DNA of 64,000 bases, taken from Mobula hypostoma (lineage: Eukaryota). Below the pieces are notes generated by a model that saw only the letters and a list, made by a program, of their open reading frames with translations, was not told the DNA's origin and ran no database searches. The DNA lies in the NCBI RefSeq assembly GCF_963921235.1, contig NC_086097.1:82090001-82154000 (forward strand). Direction: 5' to 3'. The translations under genes and the position numbers were made by a program. Below, in pieces: positions 40,110-50,957 of this stretch; position 1 is the first letter of the stretch; each line of letters starts with the position of its first letter.

Positions 40110-41815
40110 ACTGGCTATGATGCACCCAGTCAGTATACTCTACACCATACATCTATAGAAGTTTGTCAAAGTTTTAGGTATCATGCCAAATCTTCACAAA
40201 CTCCTAAGGAAGCAGAGGCACTCCCGTGCTTTCTTCATACTTGCACTTATGTGCCAGGACCAGGATAGGTCCTCTGAAATGAAAAGATGGAGGAATTTAT
40301 TGCTGACCCTCTCCACCTCTGATCCTCCGATGAGGGCTGGTTTATGGACCTCTAGCTTTCTCCTCCTGAAGTCATTAATCAGCTCCTTGGTCTTCTGACA
40401 GTGAGTGAGAGGTTGTTGTTGTGGCACCACTCAGCCAGATTTTCAATTTCCATCCTAAATGCTGATTCAACACCACCTTTGATTCGGCCTATGACAGTGG
40501 TGTCATCAACAACCTTGAATATGGCTTTGAGGTTGTGCTTAGCCACACAGTCATAAGTGTAAACAAATAGAGCAGGAGGCTAAGCACACAGCCTTGAGAT
40601 GCACCTACGTTGATGGAGATTGTGGAGGAGATGTTGTTGCCAATGTGAACTGACTAGGGTCTGCAAGTGAGGAAATCAAAGATCCAATTGCACAAGGAGG
40701 TAATGAGGCTCAAGCTTATTGATTAGTTTTGAGAGGATTACCATTGAATGCTGAGCTGTAGTTGATAAAGATGATCCAATTCGCTTCTCAGGCAGAATAT
40801 GTTTTATCACCAACCTCTCAAAACACTTCATCACTGTGGATGTCAGTACTAGTAGATGACAGTCACGTACGTAGGTTACTATTTTCTTCTCAGGCATCAG
40901 TAAGTGAAGCCTGCTTGAAGCAGGTGGATATCTCATACTGCCGAAGTGAGAGGACAAAGATTTCATGAACACTCCCACCAGTTGATCAGCATAGGTCTTT
41001 AGTACGTGGCCAGGCACCTTGTCTTGGCTGAATGATTTTCATGGGTTCACCCTCCTAAAGTCTACTTGCACATCGGCCTCAGAGGCTTACCACAGGACCA
41101 TTGAGAGCTGTGGGAGCTCACGATTGTTCCTTCATGTTTAGATGGTCAAAGTAAACATAGAAGGCATTGAGCTCAGTTGGAAGTGAAGCCCAGTTGTCAC
41201 CCATATCACTTCATTTAACTTTACAAAAGGTGATAAAACCACAACTGTCAAAATTTCTTCATTGATTCAAGTTTAGTGCAGAATTACCATTTAGCCCATG
41301 AGATGGTTTTCCCGAGATCATACCTGGACCTCTTGTAACTTTCTTATTCACTAGACTTGAGTGCATTTGATCTGGCCTTCAGCAGATTGCGGATCACATG
41401 GTTCACCCAGGGCTTCTTATTGGGGAAGATTCTGAATAATTTTGGGGGGGCACACTTGTCTACAACTGTTTTAGTAATGTCTGTGACAAGCATGGTGTAT
41501 TTATTCAGATCCACAGAGGAGTCCTTGAAGACGACCCAGTTCACTGACTCAAAGCAATCCCGTAGCGGCTCCTCTGCCTCCCGTGACCAACTCTCTGGAG
41601 CTTTGCTCTTTAGCCTCTGTCTATATACAGGTTGAAGGACAGCCAAGTGATCCAATTTACCAAAATGCAAAGTGCCGTAAACACAGGATCATCAGGGACT
41701 GTGGGAGTTTGTGATGGTTCCTCCATGTTTTAAAGGTCAAAGTAAGCATAGAAAGCATTGAACTCATCTGGAAGCAAAGCCCTGTTGTCACCTATGTCGC
41801 TTGATTTTCCTTTAT
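40110..41815 (-). mobile_element. Degraded Rex1/Babar-like LINE fragments
   Basis: KTKELINDFRR, LTSTVMKCFERLV, HFGKLDHLAV...DCFESVNW; a second diverged copy of about 41090-41220 sits at about 41680-41810. Confidence 0.8.
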
Positions 41816-41872
41816 TTCAATTGGGTCCATAATTGCTCATGTGTACCACATTCAATGACATCAGCTGTCTGA

Positions 41873-42080
41873 TACAAGAAAATCTGCAGATGCTGGAAAT
41901 CCAAAGCAACACGCACAAAATGCTGGAGGAACTCAGAAGGCCAGGCAGCATCAATGGAAAAGAGTAAGCAGTCAACGTTTCGGGCTGAGACCCTGCATCA
42001 GGATTGAAGGAAACCAGTCCTGATGAAGGGTCTTGGCCCAAAATGTTAACTGTTTACTCTTTTCCATAGATGCTGCCTGA
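41873..42080. repeat. Palindromic PLE-derived mini-element with two opposed, decayed hammerheads
   Basis: 65-bp inverted arms 41942-42006 and 42015-42079 (about 9 mismatches) with an 8-nt spacer. Confidence 0.85.
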
Positions 42081-42729
42081 TTAGCCGACTAACCTAAAAG
42101 CACCATTCAAATCATAAATGGCCATAATCCAGTTGACACCTATCTGTGTTCTCAAAATAATTTTATTATTCTTGAATAGCAAGCAAACCTTCGGCTTAAC
42201 AATAACATAATTTCTACAAGCTATGAATACAGGGTTCAGCGAGAGGAGATTGGATTTCCCTCCCTAACTTCTACACTCAAGCAGTAGAACCCCGCAGAAC
42301 AAGTCTAATGGCAAAACCCCTACTTTATGGATTGTAGCAACCAATAATTTTCCATATATCAAGGGCTAATCTGCAGGTAAGTATAAAGATAACAATCACT
42401 GAAAAAATCTTGTGGTTTGTCATCCTATCAATAATCTTGAAAATATTCTCCAAGGAAAATATTTTAGCTGTTTATGCCTTGGATTCATATAAACAACGGT
42501 TAGTTTTAAAGCAACATATTTTCTGTTTAAAACACTTGAATCCCAAATAAAATAACTGCATTCCTTCATTTTCATTTGGGAAAAATCTCCCAAACTGTAA
42601 TTTAAAGTAGTACAGTGCGGAAGTTAATAGATCAAAATATTTCAGCAGCTCCAAACTTCATCATGAAGCTACATATCAGAAGTTCAGGATTCACAAAATC
42701 ATTTCCACTTCCCTTGTCTGAAGTCTTAC

Positions 42730-42802
42730 CGTATAGGACTCAGAGAGGTGCCTCAAACCTTTCTTCAAGTACTGGAAATGTTTCTCCCTTTGCAGAAAAG
42801 GC
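42730..42802 (-). CDS. FNTB: FNTB coding exon (equivalent to human exon 3), 73 nt
   Basis: attttacag|G...ACG|gtaaga; translates (Q)PFLQREKHFQYLKKGLRHLSESYT, compared with recalled human LVLQREKHFHYLKRGLRQLTDAYE. Confidence 0.97.
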
Positions 42803-43039
42803 CTGTAAAATATCAGACACAATTGGATCAGCCATTACATTTATACAGTATATAAACAGTACTGAAAACTGACATATTCATTTATACTTTTGGACTGGTT
42901 TTCATTAACTTGGAAGTTAGAAGCAACAATTATAGTTCTAACTACAGGGCTCAAATCACACCATGAATTGATGCACTGAAGCTTAAGTGTTTCATTGTGT
43001 AAATAATGACCATCTTGCATTCAAGGAAAGGAGAAGTTA

Positions 43040-43215
43040 TAGACAATAGACAACAGGTGCTGGAGTAGGCCATTCAGCCCTTCGAGCCAGCACCACCATT
43101 CACTGTGATCATGGCTGATCATCCACAATCAGTACCCTTTTCTTGCCTTTTCCCCATATCCCTTCACTCCGCTATCTTTAAGAGCTCTATCTAACTCTTT
43201 CTTGAAAGAATCCAG
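43040..43215 (-). mobile_element. CR1 3' end
   Basis: AGACAATAGACAACAGGTGCTGGAGTAGGCCATTC, homologous to 62330-62500. Confidence 0.85.
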
Positions 43216-44235
43216 AGATTATGTTACAGCATTACTACACAAAACACCAAATGAAACTCCATGCGCTTTGTGTTCAACGACTCCAACACAAATATCCATG
43301 ATGAGGCCTAGTTATAAAATCTAAAAGTTTTAAACTTATATGTTCCCTCTCAGGATGATGAACAGACTATTTTCTTTTAATAAAAGCACAACTCTGAAGT
43401 TTCAGAAATACAAGCCTGGAAAATGAATTCAGATGCCAGCTGCGACTGAGTTTGTTATAACTGACACAAAACAGTTTATGTGCCATTGTTCCCAAAGCCA
43501 CCTCAGTTTTTTGCACAACTTCCAAGAAATTGAAAGTGTAATTGTATTTGAAGCAGTAACTGTCATTCACAAAACGTCATTCAAGAGGTGCTGAAGGTAT
43601 GGCTTCTGACCTGGATAAGGAAAGTATATGCAATGTGCTTCATTTCATAATGTATCACAGAGTGTAATATTGAATTTACATATTTTAATATTCATAAAAT
43701 TGGAGTAGCCAATAACTGAGCAGTCCTGAAAAACAGTTAGCCACTCTCTCTCCAGCTTTACTGCTTCATTTAAAGTAGCTGGCTGGTCTAAATTTTATCA
43801 TCCAAGTCAATCCAACCAAGCCTTGAAGCACTTTAACTTACACAATTGGCAGGGAGAAGACTTGGTAAGTAGCTTCATTTTGTTCCAAACTTAATTTTTT
43901 TACAAAAATTGAATTGATACAAACTTGATTCCAAGAACGGCAAATTGGTCATTGCACCTATAACCATTGTTGCATGTGAACAAAAGAAATGAACCCTGGC
44001 AAGGGAATGCAAACTGTGCATTACATCAAAGTTCAAAGTAAATTTATTATCAAAGTACATATATGCCACCATATCCAACCCTGAGGTTCATTTTCTTGCA
44101 GACATACTCAATAAACACAAAGAAACACAAAAAAATCAATCAAAAACCATACACAAGACAGACAAGAAAAACATGCGCAAAAGATGACAAACTATGCCAA
44201 TACAAAAATTTAAAAAACAAACAAAATAATGAATA

Positions 44236-45604
44236 TGTAACTCTCACTTCGGCTAGCAGTTTAATAGAGGGGGTGATAACCCCCGGCCTGGCCAAACTTA
44301 AGAAATCTCGTTTGGGTGGATGCTGCGCGACGTGTCCCCCATTACAAATCAGTACCCCAAAATAACAAACAGTAGTACATAATATGCGATCAAATAATTA
44401 AGCTTTATAAGGGGTGATATACTGCGTCCGGTGCTCCCGATGTGGCCTTTTATATATTGGTGAGACCCGACGCAGACTGGGAGACCGCTTTGCTGAACAT
44501 CTACGCTCTGTCCGCCAGAGAAAGCAGGATCTCCCAGTGGCCACACATTTTAATTCCACATCCCATTCCCATTCTGACATGTCTATCCACGGCCTCCTCT
44601 ACTGTAAAGATGAAGCCACACTCAGGTTGGAGGAACAACACCTTATATTCCGTCTGGGTAGCCTCCAACCTGATGGCATGAACATTGACTTCTCTAACTT
44701 CCGCTAGGCCCCACCTCCCCCTCGTACCCCAGCTGTTACTCCTTTTTATGCACACATTCTTTCTCTCACTCTCCTTTTTCTCCCTCTGCCCCTCTGAATA
44801 TACCTCTTGCCCATCCTCTGGGTCACCCCCCCCCCCCGTCTTTCTCCCTAGGCCTCCTGTCCCATGATCCTCTCATATCCCCTTTTGCCTATCACCTGTC
44901 CAGCTCTCGGCTCTATCCCTCCCCCTCCTGTCTTCTCCTATCATTTTGCATCTCCCCCTCCCCCTCCAGCTTTCAAATCCCTTACTCACTCTTCCTTCAG
45001 TTAGTCCTGACTAAGGGTCTCGGCCTGAAACATCGACTGCGCCTCTTCCTATAGATGCTGCTTGGCCTGCTGCGTTCACCAGCAACTTTGATGTATGTTG
45101 CTTGAATTTCCAGCATCTGCAGAATTCCTGTTGTTTAAGCTTTATAATTCTTACTTTGACTATATGGTTAGTAAAGAAACAAAGAAAAAGGGAAAAAAAA
45201 GGCCCAATTTATTAAACAGTCTGTTGCGCAAAGTTGGAGCTCACTCATAAGTTGATTGTCCATCATTGACCTCCTACGATCGTCGCTGCCCTTTGGACCC
45301 TCGCTCCAAGTCCACCCCATCCGGCGGTCTACCAAATCTCTCCATTCGTGTCTTCTCTCCTCTCTCCCCAGCAAAAGCCCGCGAAAAAACTCCTTCCAGA
45401 TTCACAAGACAGAGCAATAAAATCTTCATTGGCTAACATGCATACCACAATTCTGTTATCTCCAGCCATAACCCAAACATTGCTGCTACAGGGAAACTGT
45501 TACCTCAGCAGTGAACATTACAGAGAAGCCATTTCATTAGCCTTAGCAGTGAAACATTACAGAGAAGCCATTACATTAGCAGTGAATCCTTACAGCACGT
45601 TACA
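44236..45604. mobile_element. Solo LTR containing a Penelope insertion
   Basis: Perfect TGTAAC...GTTACA termini; TSD AATA at 44232-44235 and 45605-45608; internal tandem repeat AGCAGTGAA(A)CATTACAGAGAAGCCATT at about 45507-45595. Confidence 0.88.
44411..45134 (+). mobile_element. 5'-truncated Penelope-like element: GIY-YIG endonuclease domain, 3' UTR, damaged hammerhead (45003-45038)
   Basis: GVIYCVRCSRCGLLYIGETRRRLGDRFAEH...PVATHFN...LEEQHLIFRLGSLQPDGMN is a PLE GIY-YIG domain with a CxxC insert; 13-bp TSD TTAAGCTTTATAA at 44398-44410 and 45135-45147. Confidence 0.95.
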
Positions 45605-46194
45605 AATACATAAGCAATAAATACCAAGAACATGAGAAGAGGAGACCTTGACAGTGAGTTCATAGTTGTAGGAATAGTTCAGTGTTGGGATGAGTGAAGT
45701 TGAATGAAGTTATCCCCTCTGGTTCAAGAGCCTGATGGTTGAGGGTAATAACCATTCCTGAACCTGGCAGTGTGGCTCCTGAGGTTCCCGTACCACGTTC
45801 ATGATGGTAGCAGCAAGAAGAAAGCATGGCCTGGATGGTGGAGGTCCTTGATGAGGGATGCTACTTTCCTGCAACATCCTCCTTATAGATGTCCTCAATG
45901 GTGGTGAGAGCTTTACCCATGATGATCTAGGTCATATCCACTACTTTTTGGAGGCTTTCCATTAAAGAGCATTTGTGTTTCCATACAACCAGTCAATATA
46001 CTCTCCACTGTACATCAAAAGAAGTTTGCCAAAGTTTTAGATGACACACTGAATCTGCGCAAACTTCTAAAGTAGAAACACTTACTAGGCTTTGCAAAGC
46101 ATGATCCCATACATAGAAAGAAGATACTTGAGCTTGCAAACCAATTGTCACTCACTGCATCAGAAGACTCTGTATGATTAAATACTCATACACA

Positions 46195-46490
46195 GATGAC
46201 CTAGCAACTGTGGTGAGCAAAATGCTATTACAGTGCCAGTGACCTGGGTTCGCTGTCTGTAAGGAGTTTTGATATTCTCCCCATTACTGCATGGGTTTCC
46301 TCCGGGTGCTCTGTTCCCTCCCACATTCCAAATGGTTAGGCTAGTAAGTTGTGGGTATGCTAGGTTCGTGCCAGAAACATGGTGACACTTGTGGATTGTC
46401 CCAGCACACCCTTGAACTGTGCTGGATGGTGACATATCTAGCACTTTTCACTGTATGCTTCAATGTACATGTGACAAATAAAACTAATTT
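46195..46490 (+). mobile_element. SINE (V-SINE/HE1-like)
   Basis: TGCATGGGTTTCCTCCGGGTGCTCTGTTCCCTCCCACATTCCA V-domain; ATGTACATGTGACAAATAAA LINE-derived tail. Confidence 0.8.
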
Positions 46491-46890
46491 TTAATTTTTA
46501 TTCAATTATCTGCCAATCACAGATGTCTACTCCGTTGTATAAAATCCACACTAAAATAATAGCTCAAGAGGTTCTTATCATAAAGGAATGTTTGAACAAT
46601 TGGTGTAATTTGAACCAAGACTTAAGAAATAAAAGGCAGATTTCCAGAACTGACAACAGCTTTGAAAGGATGAATATTAATGCAGTCACACATGAAATAA
46701 ACAAAACATCTTAAACTAGTACCGCCACAATCAAATCACATCAAGTTCCAAGTACCTGCTGTGACTGGTTTTCAGTGAGGTTGCTGCCTCTTTCAATTGT
46801 AGCTACTGCAACGTTCCTAAACAAAGGGGTGGGAGATATTTCTCACAAGCATCATTCTCAATTCAAGAAAGCTGTTTCATATTGCTTATC

Positions 46891-47728
46891 ATGTTATGGT
46901 GTTAGACTGCGCAGCCCCCTCACTGGGCTCATATGGAAACTTGGCTTGCTGTCGGCCCCATTAACAGAACAGGACTCAGTGGTGAGAAGACCACCTTTCA
47001 TAAACAATATACATCTAGGGTCGGTATGATTTGGGGTTCAGCCAAACAGGAATGTTGTCATGGTCCTATTGAAGAAACCTCGATTTGAGCCAATGCTGTG
47101 TAAATACTGTTCATAGACAATTGTCAATCGGCATGAAATAACAGATCATACATTGCATAAAGGACAGTTCTTTACAAATTTCAGCTTCATGGAACATTTA
47201 GTAGGAAAAGGAAAAAAAAAGGCCCACTACTGTTAACCCAGTCCAAACGTGCACACAAAATTGGAGCTCATCTTGAAGTCGTCCTTTTTACTCATGCACT
47301 GGACCCACAATTTGCATGAAAGCACACACCACATTCTGAACTTCACTCAAAATCCATCTTGAATAAATGGGCACTCTCTTGCAAGTATTGGCCCTTTCTC
47401 CTTGGAGCCATTCATCTGCACAAAGCAATTTGTGCAACAGGAATGCTCCTTCCCAAGGTATTCTCAGCCATCTTCCCTCCTGTCCTCTCCGCAACTCCCG
47501 CAAAAAAAACACACAAACCACACCGTCCCTCACAAATCTCTCCCCGCGGTGTTCTCTCGAACTTTCTCCCGGTTCCACTATCCTGGTTGGCTGACACAAC
47601 ATTCCAAAGTTGAAAGCCCCTTATCTTTTAGCTGAAACCAAAACATCCTAAAAACACACTGCTTTTACAGAACTTCTAAAATGAAATACCTACAACGTAG
47701 CAGTAAAAATTTTAACCAGGACATTACA
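46891..47728. mobile_element. LTR-like repeat related to 44236-45604 (left boundary uncertain)
   Basis: Shares GGAAAAAAAAAGGCCCA...CAGTC...TTGGAGCTCA with 45190-45245 and ends ...CATTACA; no clean TSD found. Confidence 0.5.
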
Positions 47729-50700
47729 ATTGTTTTTCTAGTACACAGAACCATATAAAACACATTCAGATTATTTAAGCTGTTCTCCAGAAAAAACAGC
47801 CACTTGAGGGTTTGACTGTCTGCTAGAGTTTATTAATACCCACTTGGTGTATTTAACTCAAGGAACCTGTATATGCTTCAATAGGATGGTAGAGACCCAA
47901 AGTTCAGCAATTAGTCACCTAGTATTTTGCCTGTGTCTTTGCATTTTGTTAAAATAGTACAAAATATAAAATGGACCATGCATTGTCAGTAGCTTATTAT
48001 AAATCAACTTGATGTCTACCCTTATTATAAAAGAAAGATAAATAACTTACACAAATAGACCCTTCATGATAGAGTTCAGATTTATTTTCAAAGGCTTGGC
48101 ATTTTTTTTAAAACAAGGGTTAGCCTTTAAGCAATTAAATAATGCAGCAAAACTATAAGTTGCGGTTTGCTTATAAATGCTAACATAACACTGTTGGGAG
48201 TAGGCCATTTCAATTCCTTGATCATACAATGCTGCTATTTTCCCTTGATCTGAGTATTCAGAAAAAGTCACAAAATAAACAAATCCAAATATTCACAACT
48301 GAGACAAGATATTTAGTATATTTGTGTTTGTTGTCTTTTTATAAAGTCTAAAGAATATACACTAATTACATAGAAATATTTTCCCATTTTCTAACAGCAC
48401 TAAGTTTCTTGGAACAGTAAAAGAAACATACATTTAAAGCAAATAAGAAACCATGATCTATTGCAGAATGCAAAAATGTTACTCTGAAAGCATCTTAAAA
48501 ATTGCATTAACTTGCTACATTGTCGTTCCCTATTCTTCGTGATTGCCAGTCATGACATTGCAGTCTCAAAGAAATATCAATTTTATAATAAATATCCCCT
48601 CAATCAAGAGCAAGCTCATAATTTTGGAAAGGCATTCCACTCTGTGATACCTAGCACTCACTTCAAAAGTACAATTCTATCTGCAGTCTGGATTAATAAC
48701 ACCCAACAAAACAAAGAACACTCATGTGAATTTCACTTACATTTTCTAGTCCATAAGCATTCACACAGCAGTACCTTGAGATTTATTTCCAGAGCACACA
48801 GCAGGGATTTACTAAAGGTTGCATTTCTCCTGTATTTACGCACACATTTCTCACTGCCGTGTAGTACATTAGTTGGCAGAAATGCCACAATTACTTAAAT
48901 ATGGTGTTAAATTTTAAACTTTCGCTTCTTTGCACCTGACCAGCACTAACAGGCAAATTATAGTACCATCACTAAGGCACAAGTTGGGATAAATGTGCAA
49001 GTCAAAAGACGAAAGGAACATCAAATCTGACAAGCAAGAACTCAAATGCTTCTTCTGCCACCCACATTTCACTGTAGAAGTGGCACAATCATCCAGTCTT
49101 CAAGATGTTAACACCATTTATGATTTCACTACAAGTCTGGAGCTTTAAATGAAAACTGAAAAACTGAAAATGTCATACTTCTCATCACAACGACAGTATT
49201 TATCAGCTCAGATTCAACCGAAGGGCAAAGCACATAAATGAATTAGAAGCAGCTTACTGATTAATGGTAGACCACCGCCATCTCCTGCGTCTCCCAGAAA
49301 ACAGTCATTTTTTTAACCATGCCAAGTGTAGCATATTTTCTACTTCAATAAAATAATGCAGTGCTAAAAATAACAGTTAAATTCAAAATGATTCTGAAAT
49401 CTAATGAGATGCAGACTTTGCAAATTGAAATACTTTCACCTTTGATGGAAGATCAGAAAGCATTTCATCTTGTGATATTTTAACATCTTTTTTTAAAATC
49501 ACATTGTTCTCCTTTTTGAAAATTCAACTCTTTATGGTTCTTCCAGCACCAGCCACCTGCCTACATCTTCCCAGGTGGCTATCATTTTAAATTTGACTGC
49601 GAATAGTGGACTAATGACTCACATGGGGTACTTCAGCCTAGCTGACCTTATTGACATCTGAACTCTACAGACATTTTTGTAATGGCCACGACTAAATGGC
49701 AATCAAATCAAATCAGTTTCCCCCTTCCAAGCCACACAGGTTCAAGGACAGCTTCTGCACTGCTATTAAAGGACCTCTTATACAATCAAGATGAATTCTG
49801 ACCTCACAATTTCCTTCATGATAACTCTCGTATTTTATTATCTGTCTACACTTTCACTATAATTACAGCAACATATTCCACATTCTCTTTTGTTTTTCCC
49901 TTTTGTACCTCCTCAAATTTATAAATGGAATGATGTCTGGATGCAAGCAAACAAATCATTTCACTGGTGCACTTGATAATAATTAGCCAATTCCCAAAAT
50001 TGTTTGTAAACATGGAAAACATTTGTTACCAAGCAACGGTCTGTATCAGCAACAGAAAAAGTTTCTTTAAAGAAGTATTTATGTACCACTGTGCAATAAA
50101 CATGTCAATGCCCTGGAACAGAAAATGCTACAGAAAGTAGTGGATATAGCCGCTCCTTCACAGGTAAAGCCCTCTCCACCATTGAACGTATTTATAGGGA
50201 GCACTGTTGCAGGAAAGCAGCGTCCATCATCAGGGAACCCCACCACCCAGGTCATTCTCTCCTCTTGCTGCCACCATCAGGAAGCTGGTACAGGAGCCAC
50301 AGGGCTCACACCACCAGGCTCAGGGACAGTTATTACCCCTCAGCCATCAGGCTTTTGAACCAGAGGGGATAACTTCACTTGTCCCATCACTGAACTGTTT
50401 CCACATCACTGAACTGTTTCCACAACCTATCAACTCACTTTCAAAGACTCTTCATCTCTTGTTTTCAATATCTATTGCTTATTTATTTATTATTATTTCA
50501 TTCTTTTTGCACAATCCTGATGTGATGGAGACAGACGTGAGAGCACAGCAGAACATCTGGAAAACTTCTGAAATGTCTGCTTTGCTACCGCTGCTACTGT
50601 GTGGTAACCAGAATCTCTGGAGCTGAAGGCCTCGAAATCCTCGGCTTTGCGTGTTTCAGCAACCAGGGAGAGGTCGAAGGCGCTCAGGAGGCTGTATCGG

Positions 50701-50957
50701 AGAAGCTGCTTGGAAGCTTGGAGTTTTCGGATGGATGGACTCAAGGTCAGCTGCTTCCAAAGTATCAGCAAGTTGACGGTGCCTGGAGGTTTAAGGCAGG
50801 GAATTTCTCCCTTTTGCCGCCTGCTATCGGGTACTTGGGAGTCAATCAACTCGAGACCTTGAGACTTTTTTTTTTAAACTGTGCCTATGGTCTGCTCTTT
50901 ATCAAATTATGGTATTGCTTTGCACTGCTGTAACTATATGTTATAATTATGTGGTTT

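Larger units (their letters stand above)
36040..40110 (-). mobile_element. Old CR1 ORF2 split by Rex1-like and PLE insertions
   Basis: [13 protein letters not shown] (about 36100), EN region 38415-39000, LKVLYLNVRSIQNK (about 39850); the pieces are collinear. Confidence 0.8.
44025..46075 (-). mobile_element. Old Rex1/L2-like LINE 3' portion, split by an LTR
   Basis: TCAAAGTTCAAAGTAAATTTATT tail at about 44025; body resumes at 45605 (PSTIRLLN-type end of ORF). Confidence 0.7.

Noticed and set aside
45507..45595. Short direct repeats resembling a CRISPR array
   Set aside because: Vertebrate DNA, no unique spacers; a tandem duplication inside an LTR.
48047..48271. Alternative FNTB exon 2 candidate (VSIYKQT, GTAAGT nearby)
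   Set aside because: No matching acceptor or phase for a 65-nt exon; 59487-59551 fits much better.
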